NCBI GenBank assembly: GCA_002811645.1
Contig: PDIP01000133.1
Location: 1-53,629 of the forward strand
Origin: Corallochytrium limacisporum Hawaii
Taxonomy: Eukaryota; Protista; Pluriformea
Direction of reading: 5' to 3'
Length of the DNA: 53,629 bases
Shown: positions 9,725 through 21,000 of the stretch, one piece after another
Numbering within the stretch: the stretch's first letter is position 1
Layout of the letters: the number at the start of each line of letters is the position of its first letter
The notes under the pieces: generated by a model
Database searches by the model: none
Told to the model about the DNA's origin: nothing
What the model saw: the letters and a program-made list of their open reading frames with translations, nothing else
Translations under genes and position numbers: made by a program

Positions 9725-11025
9725 GGCTTCAGGTTTGTCTTCGTGGATATGTTTGCTCCGTATCTAGGATGAAAGTCAACGTTAAGATGCTCCTGAACTT
9801 CGTGATCTCAAGTAAAATAGACATAAAATACCTTTATGAGTCATTACCGAACGTAACGTGCTACAACATGAACACAAACGTGAATGAATTAGTCGTCCCA
9901 GACACAGTCGTCCTGGCTTTCCCCCCTTTTCCCTGCCTCAGCCACCTACGCCGAACTCCTTCCTTTTGGGGGAGAGTTCCTTCTACTTGGGCAACTCAAG
10001 GTACGAAAGATGGAACAGTCCGAGCAAGGAGGGAGATTGGTCGTCCGTATGTTCTTAGGGCGCACGCCCATTAGATTAATGTCTGAGTCACGGAACATTA
10101 ACTATTACCCCCGTACCAATTTTGTTTCGTCGCAAGAACGCGAAAACGTGCGATGTCTCGATATCGATAGCAGAATAGTGACACATCCTTCACATTCTCT
10201 CGTGATCGAAACACAGTCAAGACACGTATTACCAACCAAGTTGTGTACGCAAAATCCATTACACGGGGCACTAACCTCAATATCGTTTTGTGTTTTCCTC
10301 ACCCTTGCTCCAATCAATGGTATACCCTGCGGCCGAATACGTGGCCAAGGAGTGGCGTCACAGATGGTTGAACGCTGAACGGGGAGGAAGAATTGGGGAG
10401 GTGCCTTACGGCCCGAGGAGGAAAGGGGCCCCCGGGGGGGGGGGGGGCCTACGATGTGCTGCGCCTGAGGATACTCCAGAAAGCGCTCGCTTTCGCGAGA
10501 AAGACGTTTTCTTCTACGACCCGGACAGATTCAGGTGGCCACGCCGCTTGGTTTTCTACTTCGGACTTGCCAGGTTTAGAATGGCGAACAAAATCGCGCT
10601 TAAAAAAAATATTTCCGCGGAGTACGGTACGCGGACTATCCAAGTACGAGACCTTACCTAACGTAAGGAGAACTTTGTGACGGTCGGACAGGAACAAGTG
10701 ATTGCTGAAGAAAGATCGTCTTCTTGCCCCGAAAGTCTTACATCTCGGAATTCGCAATCTGGAACGTCTACACGCGTTACCATTAACTATGGGAGCGAGA
10801 ACGTCGGGTTGGCTGCCTTCACTCTTGCAACATGCGATTACTTCATGGAAATCTTCAGGGTGCCCCCATTTTAGGATCAATGCTACCACCACCGTGCTAC
10901 CATCAACAGGCAACCTCCAGTGCTACCAAAGTCGCCCCGGCAGATGGCAAGCCCTTGGTATTCCCTGCATGGGCACGGGCCGTGGGGCCCCTAAGTAGCT
11001 TCTCGCCCGGCCCCCCCCCCCCCCC

Positions 11026-11236
11026 NNNNNNNNNNNNNNNNNNNNNNNNNNNNNNNNNNNNNNNNNNNNNNNNNNNNNNNNNNNNNNNNNNNNNNNNNNN
11101 NNNNNNNNNNNNNNNNNNNNNNNNNNNNNNNNNNNNNNNNNNNNNNNNNNNNNNNNNNNNNNNNNNNNNNNNNNNNNNNNNNNNNNNNNNNNNNNNNNNN
11201 NNNNNNNNNNNNNNNNNNNNNNNNNNNNNNNNNNNN
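11026..11236. other. Assembly gap flanked by poly-C
   Basis: Run of N. Confidence 0.99.
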
Positions 11237-11605
11237 CCCCCCCCACCATTTAGTAGCTTCTGTCCTCCCGCCCCCGGGTTGCCTTTGGGGGGAGGGGGGG
11301 AACCCCTTCCGCCCACAACCCAACCCGCGGCCTGGGTGTCGTTGCCACAACACATTGCAGACGACTTGGATACAAGCTGGATTTGTCGTGGTAGCAATCT
11401 CAATCTGGAGACAAATTCAAAGACAAACATTGCTCTGCCACTAGTAAGTAGTAATTCAAATATATACTGTTTCTTGTATTTATGGATATGGATCATTGTC
11501 AGTGACGACAAGGGGGCCGACAAAGCAGGCGAGTTCAAAATGATCTGTCTCGTAATACTCGACATGTAATGGCTTGATAAATCGTTATTCACAAAATTGG
11601 AGACA

Positions 11606-14600
11606 ATGGATAGCTCTACAAGAAATAGAACACTATTTTCTTTCAAGAAACTGAAGGTGTATGCTGGAAGTCGTCAGATTCTGCACGGTGTTTCTGGTCA
11701 TGTTGGCGAAGGGGAACTCATGGCAATTATGGGCCCCAGTGGGGCGGGCAAGAGCACACTACTGAGTACTTTAGTAGGTGCAGCAAACGCAAATCTTGAA
11801 TATTCGGGTACCATTGAGGCCATTTCTGGTAGAGACAAGCAAATTGTGTTAGACTACGAGAAAAGAACAGACAGATTGTTGGGAGCACGGAAACTACGAG
11901 ACTGCGTTGGGTTCGTGCCTCAGGAAGATATCCTGGTCGGGTCATTGACGGTGGAAGAAACCATCCAATTCAGGGAATGGTTGTATAAGATTGAACCTTC
12001 TCAAGACGAGGTTAACAATTTGATCAACTCTGTGGGCCTCTCCCATGCCAAAGACACCATTATCGGTACCGTGTTAAGGAAAGGCGTCAGTGGAGGAGAG
12101 AAGCGCCGCGTTAGTGTGGCTGCAGAGATGGCAAGTTGTGCCAAGACCCTGATCTTGGACGAGCCTACTTCAGGTCTCGATGCTGCGACCTCATACAGTC
12201 TGCTTTTGGAGCTAAGAAGCCTGGCACAACAAAAAGGGCTGGCTGTAATCGTGACCATCCATCAGCCATCCTATGACCTTTTCAGACTCTTTGACAAGCT
12301 GTTGCTGCTCACCAGTGGACATGTGGCCTTCTGCGGGCCCCTTGACGAATGTGCGGAGTGGATGCATGATACTCTGGACATTACACCACCCAAAGGTATC
12401 ACGCTGCCAGAGTTCTACCTTGATCTCGTTGATCCTACCCTGCGTCAGGAAAAAGATAGCACACAGAAGCAGACGGACCCCGACACCGAATACCTCGACA
12501 TTGACAGTTTTCATGACCAGTATCCAACACCACGTACTGTTATTGACGCATTTAACCGAAGTCCTTACCGCGAGATCAACGATACAATCTCATTGTTGCA
12601 GCAGAGCGACGATGACAGTGACTACAGCGGGCGTGATAGCTTACCTACCACAAGCCTTAGTATCACCAGTGCAGGTTGTGAACCCGTATCATGGTTCCGT
12701 AGATTCCAAATCTTGCTATGGCGCCAAAGCGTACAGGCTACGAGAGATGTGGTTAAATTTGGGCTGGTGATTTGCGCGTACGTCGTGTTCCTCTTCATCG
12801 TTGGCCTGCTTTACCACAACGTCGAAGTTGCAATGTCACAAACGTTTGCCTACGACGGCTCCATTGCCTGGCCTGTCCTCCTCATATACGGCGCAATGCT
12901 TTTCCGTGCCCCAGAGATTCAGGAGCTGCGCATTCAAACCGATAGCGAGCGCCGTAAGGGATTGTATGGACCGCTGGCCTGGTTTCTACCATGGCTTGTG
13001 ATCACCATTGTGCTAGTGGTTGTTATGGTCACAAGCGGCTTGGCGATTACGTTCTGGCTTTTGCCATCAAAAAATACTGCAAGCGGTTTCTTTGCGACTC
13101 TACTGGGCAACATCCTTGTTGGCATTTACAGCAGTGCCCTTGTGTTCTTCTGCAGCGGCCTAACGAGGAATGCATCATTTGCGCTGGTCTTTGCTGTAAC
13201 CTTCCTGGTCTTCAGCGTGTCCATCAATAGCTTCCTGCATTTGCCCGTAAACACCAGTGAGGTCTGGCAACACATAGACAAGATTACGGTTCTGGGCCAG
13301 GCAATGCCTATGATTCGTCAGGTGTCGTTTTCAGAGCAACAATTTCTGTGCGACACGCAGATTCTCCCTGATCCCACGGCACCGCAAGGACAGACACAGT
13401 ATCTCTGTCTCAGTGAATTTGGCGGTCATTTTCTGGAAGCCTTTGTCGGAGAGGACGGCCAGGTGTACGTGGAAGGTGATGAGGTTCTGAGCGTTCTGTA
13501 TCTGGATGATTCAAGTGAAATAGGCCTCCAGACTGTCTACATATTGTTAATGTCAGCGGGACTGCTGCTTGGGGGGCTCGTTTTGAATGATTTGTTCTTG
13601 AGGAATCAGCTTCTTGAGGTTCTTCCGACCCTCAGCGGCTGCCGTCCGCGGAAGAGGTTGCCATCGCTGAAGAAACAGTCACAACAGTCAGAAACCAGAC
13701 AGCTGACAGGTCTTGCCACCACGAACAATGACGACGTTACCGATATGCAAAGCGGTGACGTAGAGGCTAGTCAACCACCGGGATCGGTGAACGAACTGAA
13801 AGCATGGTCTGACGGGTGCCCGTCAAAAAATCTCGATGTGATCAACCCTCTGGAAGCGATTGAGGAGATCACTTGCATTGGTTGTAAATATTGCCAGGTC
13901 CCACGTCGTGAACTCGTTAGAGTTTCTGTGCTTGACTTCCCATTGAAGAACCACTTCCGGTTTGAGGACATCTCAGTCAGCGTGACGATAAAAACTAAGG
14001 ATGGTCCGGAGGGCTCCCGAAAAAAGAAGCACGAGAAGAAGATCCTTAAGGCTGTTAGTGGAGAACTCTTCGCCGGAGAAGTCATGGCTATTCTTGGCGC
14101 GTCCGGTGCTGGCAAATCTACACTTTTCAATGTCCTGAGCGGTCGGAAGAACGGTGCCAGTTACCATAATATGGATGGCAGCATCTTGCTCAATGGTAGA
14201 GCTGTGTCGTCTGAGGATCTTGTGTACGTCGAGCAGTTCAACCTTTTCTATGACATCCTCACCATTGCGGAAACATTGGAGCAAACCTTTGCTCTTAACA
14301 AACTAAAAACAGACAAACTTCTGCGAGGTTTCTCTAGTGTCAAGGAGCTACTCATGGACCTGAAACTCCTGAACGCTCACAACCTACGGGTTGGTCGCGA
14401 GGCAAGTGGAGGTCAGCGTAAGAGGGTGGCCGTTGGCAAGTTCTTGAATCCGGGTCGGAAACCGGTCCTCTTCCTGGACGAGCCTACCACCGGCCTCGAT
14501 TCCACAACGGCTTACCGGCTTACATCCTTCATCCAGCGGTTGGCTAAGGAGTACGGTCTTTGCGTGATCATGACTGTCCACCAACCTGGCTCACGTGTCA

Positions 14601-15688
14601 TGGGAAATTTCGACCGGGTAGCTTTTCTGCGGAAGGGCGAAATGGAGTTCTGTGGCCAACTGGAGGATTTACCGACGTGGATGAAGGACAACGGGTTGCA
14701 ACCGGCAGGGCACCAAAGTGATGAGGACTACATTTTGTCCGTGTTGGAGAACCCCGACCGCCAATTGATCCGTCAAGTGCACTTGATAAATCAACCACCC
14801 TCACCTGTGGCAAGCTCTCCTGCTGCTACTGGATGTTGTTGGTGGCTGCCCGACCGCCGGGCAGTGCTTATTCTGCTGAAACGACAGGTGATATCTGACT
14901 TCCGCGACCCCGGGGTCTTCATGGCGCGGTTTGTCTTCTTTGTAATGACGGCCATTCTCGTGGGTCTGGTTGACTTTGGCCATGGTAGTGATTCCGGTGC
15001 TCAAGGTATCAGCTCGTTTGTGTCCGTCAGTGCTATTTGGATGTTCCTGCTTGCTTTCTCCAATATTCTCAGTGTTCCGGCACAGAGCAAGTTGCGCCGC
15101 ATCATCGGTAGCGAGATTCTCAACAATCTCTACACACCCCTGGAACTTTGGGTGGCGCGACTGGTATCTTCGGTGTTTCAGAACGTTTTGTTATCAGCTG
15201 TTTTTACGCTGATCGCTTTGCCTATGGTTGGCTATAACTGGGCAACGTATGGGGAGATTTTCCTCCTGTCACTGTTACATGCATGTGTTACCGCTGCCTT
15301 CGTAGACGCCTTCAGTGCCATTATCCCCTGGGATATCGTTGTCATGTTGGTAGGTGTCTTGTATGCCGGTTTGCTTGGTGCGGTCACTCCTTGGTGTCTG
15401 CCCACGGCCATCCTACCAGGTTGGTTGGTGTGGATCCAGTATGCATTGCCAAGCAGATACTTTGTTGAAGGGTTCCTCCTTGTTGTCAGTTCAGGGCGTA
15501 CTTTCACCATGGCAATCCCCGGTGGGGGCGTCATGACCGTCTCGGACACCTATGTTCAGGAAGATATCTTCTCAGCACGTTCATTGACGGTACCAGAGAA
15601 TATGCTAGTATTGTTTGGCATGTTTGTGGCCGGACAATTGATTGTTCTTGTTGCCGACACTCTCAAGATCCAACGCCAGAGGCTATAG
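11606..15688 (+). CDS. Full-size ABCG-family transporter (NBD-TMD-NBD-TMD)
   Basis: Walker A GPSGAGKS and GASGAGKS; signatures VSGGEKRRVS and ASGGQRKRVA; Walker B LILDEPTSGLD and LFLDEPTTGLD; H-loops TIHQP and TVHQP. Each NBD is followed by a multi-helix TMD. First in-frame ATG is at 11606. Confidence 0.96.
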   Translation: MDSSTRNRTLFSFKKLKVYAGSRQILHGVSGHVGEGELMAIMGPSGAGKSTLLSTLVGAANANLEYSGTIEAISGRDKQIVLDYEKRTDRLLGARKLRDCVGFVPQEDILVGSLTVEETIQFREWLYKIEPSQDEVNNLINSVGLSHAKDTIIGTVLRKGVSGGEKRRVSVAAEMASCAKTLILDEPTSGLDAATSYSLLLELRSLAQQKGLAVIVTIHQPSYDLFRLFDKLLLLTSGHVAFCGPLDECAEWMHDTLDITPPKGITLPEFYLDLVDPTLRQEKDSTQKQTDPDTEYLDIDSFHDQYPTPRTVIDAFNRSPYREINDTISLLQQSDDDSDYSGRDSLPTTSLSITSAGCEPVSWFRRFQILLWRQSVQATRDVVKFGLVICAYVVFLFIVGLLYHNVEVAMSQTFAYDGSIAWPVLLIYGAMLFRAPEIQELRIQTDSERRKGLYGPLAWFLPWLVITIVLVVVMVTSGLAITFWLLPSKNTASGFFATLLGNILVGIYSSALVFFCSGLTRNASFALVFAVTFLVFSVSINSFLHLPVNTSEVWQHIDKITVLGQAMPMIRQVSFSEQQFLCDTQILPDPTAPQGQTQYLCLSEFGGHFLEAFVGEDGQVYVEGDEVLSVLYLDDSSEIGLQTVYILLMSAGLLLGGLVLNDLFLRNQLLEVLPTLSGCRPRKRLPSLKKQSQQSETRQLTGLATTNNDDVTDMQSGDVEASQPPGSVNELKAWSDGCPSKNLDVINPLEAIEEITCIGCKYCQVPRRELVRVSVLDFPLKNHFRFEDISVSVTIKTKDGPEGSRKKKHEKKILKAVSGELFAGEVMAILGASGAGKSTLFNVLSGRKNGASYHNMDGSILLNGRAVSSEDLVYVEQFNLFYDILTIAETLEQTFALNKLKTDKLLRGFSSVKELLMDLKLLNAHNLRVGREASGGQRKRVAVGKFLNPGRKPVLFLDEPTTGLDSTTAYRLTSFIQRLAKEYGLCVIMTVHQPGSRVMGNFDRVAFLRKGEMEFCGQLEDLPTWMKDNGLQPAGHQSDEDYILSVLENPDRQLIRQVHLINQPPSPVASSPAATGCCWWLPDRRAVLILLKRQVISDFRDPGVFMARFVFFVMTAILVGLVDFGHGSDSGAQGISSFVSVSAIWMFLLAFSNILSVPAQSKLRRIIGSEILNNLYTPLELWVARLVSSVFQNVLLSAVFTLIALPMVGYNWATYGEIFLLSLLHACVTAAFVDAFSAIIPWDIVVMLVGVLYAGLLGAVTPWCLPTAILPGWLVWIQYALPSRYFVEGFLLVVSSGRTFTMAIPGGGVMTVSDTYVQEDIFSARSLTVPENMLVLFGMFVAGQLIVLVADTLKIQRQRL

Positions 15689-16347
15689 AATGGAAAGACC
15701 AGTAGGGCATTTTTCCTATTAAATTACAATGTATACTAAGATTAGTTATGTCCCTATCGAGTACTCAGCAGTGTTCTTGCAATAAGATATTGTCTGCCCG
15801 CAAGATTGTGTTCGTAGTCCTGCTGTTTGTGTGATGAATGGCCGATCTCTTAGTAAATTCTCCTTGGGGCCCGACATACGCGCACTTACCCATCCCCAAG
15901 GCCCCCCCCCCGGGGGGGGCAAAGTGATCGCCTTTGATTCGTATTCATATTTGAGTCCCTTCCTGGAAAACGGCCCGGGCGGGGAGCCTACGAGGCAGGC
16001 CGTAAACGGCGATTTCGCTTGGCCCCCCCCCCAGAGGGGGCGGCTTAACCAAACTGACCGCCGCCTCCTTCCCCCCTCCTCCCTTCTTCTTCGGGGCGTA
16101 CGGGGCCTATTTTTAAAAAGAGCTTGCTCTCCACGGAGTCCGCGGGTGGAAATTGATTAGTAGTGAATGAGATTTGTATTTCGTGTTTGTTGGTGAAGTA
16201 TGTTGACAGTGAAATGTGATGGTGTTTTGGGTAGTGAACAAATGCTGAAGGGAACCAAAACCACTGAGAGAGGATTTTGGGACGGCCTTACGTAAATGTG
16301 ACGAGGATGTCCAGTTGACAAATTGCATGGAGGACTTCTCCGCTCTA

Positions 16348-17595
16348 TTACCATTGACCGTACTCTGCCATGGCGGACCGCCATTCACAGTTACTCTTCA
16401 GGGAATGTGAAATCTTCCCTGGACGCATCTGTTTCTTGCTCACAATCCAGTACGGGTAGGCGGCGGAATACAAATCCGTCATGGTGTGTCCCTTGTTGTA
16501 AAAGTCGCCGACCTTTTTCATGGTCTTGAAGTTCAAGTGGTCAAAAGCATGCCGGCCAGAGATGGCGCAGCCGGGACTTACTCGATCTTCCCATCCCATG
16601 AGGCGAGAGAAGTCCTTGCCAGCTCCGCACCATACGAAGTCAATCGACCATGAGGACCCAGTGTACTCGTGGGCCTGGAGCATCATGACATTCCGTACAA
16701 TCCAGTCCATGTACTTTGAGTTGACCAAAAAGGTTTGAATTTCTACAAAGTTAGCCTCGTAGACTAGCGGCTTCTTATCCAAGCTCAGTTCGTGGCCATC
16801 GTCATCGGTCCAATAGTTGTGGTTGACAATCTCGTGGTACTGAGTGTTGGCTTTGACGCTGGGCTGCATGATCAGTGGGGGTCCAGATGGAAGACCGCAG
16901 GCAAACGCACTTAAGTATCCGTCCAGATCAAAGTCCACAAAGCTAATGTCCTCATCCAGAACCCAAAATGCATTGTACTCGGTTGCAAACTCAGCCAAAC
17001 GCTTCCAATTGAGGACCTTGACCCTTGGCAGGTCACTGTTGGGGTCGTATTCATCTGTTGGCAATCCGTTGCGGACATAACTGTAGTTCTCAATGGAGCG
17101 GAACTTGACATCGGCCAGGGCGGGATCACTGTCCACCTTCCTGCGCCATACCTCCGACTCCATCTTGTAGTCGATCAGCAGCCAATCACAGACATCTTTC
17201 ATTGCCACAAAGTTTTTGGACATGTTGTCCCAAACCCGGTCCTCCATATGTACTACCGCAAAGCAGAGTATGTCATGTTTTTTACCTCCACTTTCGCTCT
17301 GTGCATTTCCGTATTGAATATGGCTGTCATGGGCACTTGGGCTGTCGAGTACAGGACCGAACTGGCCCCCTTGGTAGTCCTGTTGGTGGCCCTGCTGCCG
17401 GCGCAGACCCCTTTCCGGCGCTCCATAGGCGTCGAACCGTGTAAAGCTCGAGGCGTTGGATGTGTAGAGTTGGAAGGCGAACAAAAAACTCACTGCAAGT
17501 GAGATGATAACCGCAAGGACACCAAATCGCTTGTTTCTCTTTACTTTGCTGTTTGGCGAATACATGATCCCTGAATATCGTTTCTTCCCTGCCAT
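16348..17595 (-). CDS. Type II membrane DUF707-like protein (putative GT-A glycosyltransferase)
   Basis: Basic N-terminus and a single TM helix (FGVLAVIISLAVSFLFAF). Motifs YNAFWVLDEDISF, IMQPS, FVEIQTFLV and WSIDFVWC match the DUF707 pattern (DED, QP, FVE, WGLD). First ATG is at 17595. Confidence 0.7.
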   Translation of the reverse strand: MAGKKRYSGIMYSPNSKVKRNKRFGVLAVIISLAVSFLFAFQLYTSNASSFTRFDAYGAPERGLRRQQGHQQDYQGGQFGPVLDSPSAHDSHIQYGNAQSESGGKKHDILCFAVVHMEDRVWDNMSKNFVAMKDVCDWLLIDYKMESEVWRRKVDSDPALADVKFRSIENYSYVRNGLPTDEYDPNSDLPRVKVLNWKRLAEFATEYNAFWVLDEDISFVDFDLDGYLSAFACGLPSGPPLIMQPSVKANTQYHEIVNHNYWTDDDGHELSLDKKPLVYEANFVEIQTFLVNSKYMDWIVRNVMMLQAHEYTGSSWSIDFVWCGAGKDFSRLMGWEDRVSPGCAISGRHAFDHLNFKTMKKVGDFYNKGHTMTDLYSAAYPYWIVSKKQMRPGKISHSLKSNCEWRSAMAEYGQW

Positions 17596-17997
17596 AGAAC
17601 TAAATTTATCTCGTCTAAAGCTGATACACCGCCTCTGAATCCAAAATAGCTGACCGGTGGACCCAGGGTCTTTCACGCACCTGAGGCCACTTGCAAACAG
17701 AACTCTTTCGTGCAAAAGGTTCCTAAAGCCTTACGAAGCAAGACTCTTGAGCATCCGAACTGGGTTATCAGCCCCCGATCCCCATACCGAGCAATGCACT
17801 GGCATCGGGTATTAGGACCGGTAACCCGTTCGTTCCAGTGTGGATCTGGTTCCGAACCCTGACCCTTGCACTCACCCCGAAGTGGTTGTAGTTACGAATA
17901 GAAAGGTGCAAGCAATGCCCAGGGCCAACTAAACTATCATTTTCTAAAAACGAAAATCACAGTGTATAGAATATTGGTTTCCGGGTCGTGAACGCGG

Positions 17998-18022
17998 GTG
18001 TGTGTGTGTGTGTGTGTGTGTG
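17998..18022. repeat. (TG)n microsatellite
   Basis: Direct inspection. Confidence 0.9.
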
Positions 18023-21000
18023 AATCTTCTTTTCCCTTCTTCCATGTGGGCAGTGTATCTCTGATGCACACCGGTGCAACCTTCCCACCGATCGCAAGGT
18101 TATCAAACTATGGCCAAAAAATGGAGGAACTATTTCTATGCCCAACCAAAAAAAAAAAAAGAAGAAGAGGATCCTTCAACAGATCTCGAAGCGGGCGAGT
18201 GATATGCCCCGAAGATTTTCTGGGCTGGTCCGTTTGCCCTACTGCTTGTATCACGCGGCTCGCCCAACAAGAATCACGCGGCCGGCCCCAAGGCATTGCC
18301 GTGCTTCCTATACGCAGTGGCTTGCCTTGGCTTTCTGGTGAGAAAGTTTATTAATCTCATATGTGACAGAGCGGTGGCAAGTTTTATTTTTTTGTTTTTA
18401 CGTGTTTTTGTGAAAGAATCTCTGGCTTTGGTGGCGTTCACAGTGTTCCGTGTTCCAGGCGATGGAACCCACACACAGCTCTCAGTTCTCGGCGTGCGGC
18501 CGCTGTGTGTGCCGCTACTGGGTCTACTGCTGCTGCCTGTCAGGATGTGAGTCATGGAGGTTGGCGCTCGGGAGTTCGTCCGATGGGAATGAAGCGAACG
18601 AGTAGGGATGCATAAGACCCCACGCATCATTCACTGTCTTCAACGTCAGAGAAAGGTCAATCACTGCACTCTACAGACGCGATGTTGGATCATCGTCACC
18701 AAGAGCAAGAGTGGTGCCTTCCGTCATTGTGGCATCCAAAACAATAAGGAAACGGATAGCTCATCGTCTTTTCTTTTTCTTATTTTTGTCTGTGCGTGGG
18801 TGCGACAAACCCGCACGGCCCGAATGAGAGCATGCTACGCAGGTGACCACTGATACGTACGATACGCGTAATTGGACGAGGCGGAAAACCCAAAAAGAAG
18901 AGGAATATAAAATCACACAGGGAGAAAGAAAAATAAGGAAACCAGAAAAGAAAACACTTGAATTCCAAAGCAATCGACACCGCCACAAAAGAAAAAGTAA
19001 AAAAAAAAGAGAGAGAAGAGACAAAGAAAACCATTTTTTGTGTGTTCATCCCCGCTGCTTCCCGGCCCCCCTCTCCTCCTCCGTTGGCACACCCACCGGG
19101 CGGGAAAAGGGGGCCCCAACCAAAAGAAAAAGTAAAAAAATTAAAACGAAACAAAGAAAAAGAAATAGTAAAAGGCCCCAAGGCCCCCCCTCTCTCTTTC
19201 CCACCTTCCTTTCCTTTGCTTTCCTTTCCTTCCCTCCTTCTCTTCTCACCGCTTTGCTTCTCTGAGTCCCCCTCCCCCCTTTTATCCCACTTTTCGCGCC
19301 GGGGTCTAGTTCTAATTTTCTCAAAATGTTTCAAAATCTTATCAGCGGTAGATTCCTACAGGAGAGGCCATACGACCGCTGTGTTTCACTATGCGGTTAG
19401 ATGGTTCTTTTACCAAACGTAAATGGTTTTTTCCACATTTCATTTCGCTTGGTTTCCCAATCCAAAATACAATTATCCCTCCGTGGCAGTGACAACTCTT
19501 CTGCATAAACAATAAAAAAAAAGAAAAAGAAAAAAGGAGGAGGCTAGCGAAGCGAAGCGAAACACTTTGCTTTTTCTCCCGTTGTCGGTCATTGCCTGCA
19601 CGGACCGGGGAAGGAACAACAGAAAGAAAGAAAAAAAGAAACAAATGACCATTCGTTCTTGCCTTAATTTGGGAAACTAAAAAAAAGCAAAGGAGGAGGG
19701 AGGAGTAAAAAAAAAAAGGAAACCAGCCTTGGCCGGCAGCCCTGGGGAGGGGAAAGTAAAAAATGCAAAGGTTTTGGCCGGACGGACTATCGTTCCGCCG
19801 CTTTCGGGGTGAGCACACGGTGTACGAGAGAAGCCAGAGGAATGCAGGGAATGACAGGAACCCCCCGGAGCAAAAGGAAGAAAGGACTGGCGGGCATTGA
19901 GCGACGACGTCCAGAAACGGCGGAACATTGGCAGATTTTCAACCAAAAATCCCCTTGGTCCGAGCTCCGGGCCCCTGCCCCGGGGGGGAGCGAGGGGGGG
20001 GAGGTTTGGGAGGAGGAAGAGGATGAAACTGAATGTGCAAAGCCTGTGAATCGCCCTCTGCAGTATGACCCCGATTGGGGATCCTGCCTGGGCCATCTTG
20101 GTTCTATTTCCTAGAGAAGCCTACCATTCGTGGATGTTGTGATTTGAGCTTACAACATTGCATCACTTAAGACGAACAAATGCGCGCACAATCCCCACAC
20201 CGTAGGAGGTCGGGTCGTTTCATCGCCAACTGCGGTCGGACAAGAAGGCAGTCAATCACACTGCAGCCACAGCCAATTTGTTTATCCTATTGGAGCCTCG
20301 ATGGAAGTCGGTCTTGCATTGCTGCATCTGGAATATAGGTCCATACATGGTTCCCTCCCTTCCCCCCCCTCCGCGGGGCACTCCACAATTTGTGTGGTCC
20401 ATAGTCATCAAATCTTAAGACCCGAAAAAAAAAACAAAATTCCCAAAGATTGCCTACAAACCTGTGATAACGTTTTCATTGTTTCCGTCATTTACTTGAT
20501 GACTATCGAGAACACCTACGCACGCGGCAGAATGCATACAAATCGGCTGAGAAGAATCCACAGGGCCATAGAGAAGGGGGAGTGGGGGGAACATTCCCAG
20601 CTTCGTATTCTGTGCGGGCCTGCCGTAGTTGCTGTGGACAGCTTTGACAGTTGTGAGCACAGCTGGAGGAACACGAGGGCAAGCCGCCCTGTATGTTTCT
20701 CGACCAATGGTTGCGCACCCGTATCCAGAGATATGCTCTTCACTCCTCCTCTGCCCAAATGAGCATGCAAGTGCGTACATCTACAAAGTGGCGATTTCTG
20801 GAGATTGTCCGAGCGGTCACACAGCGAAGCTGGATGTCAATTTGAAAGAAAGGACAACCAATGGCTATTCTGTGTTCTTCATTCCTGAGTCTCTGCGGCT
20901 GTATGGTCCACGGTATGCACGGACGAATTGAAAAAGAAACGGCATTAGGACCCGAAATGGAAAAAGAAGGAATTCCATTTGGATCGTCGGACGAAGTCAT

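Noticed and set aside
10832-11646. ORFs spanning the N gap (likewise at the other three gaps)
   Set aside because: Artefacts of translating through Ns. The exception is the 5' part of 23909-24520, reported as a methyltransferase relic.
18462-18605. 47-aa Cys-rich micro-ORF (MEPTHSS...CGRCVCRYWVYCCC)
   Set aside because: The cysteines arise from TG/CTG-rich composition; no signal peptide or family pattern.
18760-20120. Lys/Arg- or Phe-rich ORFs of 90-180 aa
   Set aside because: Products of homopolymer-rich low-complexity intergenic sequence.
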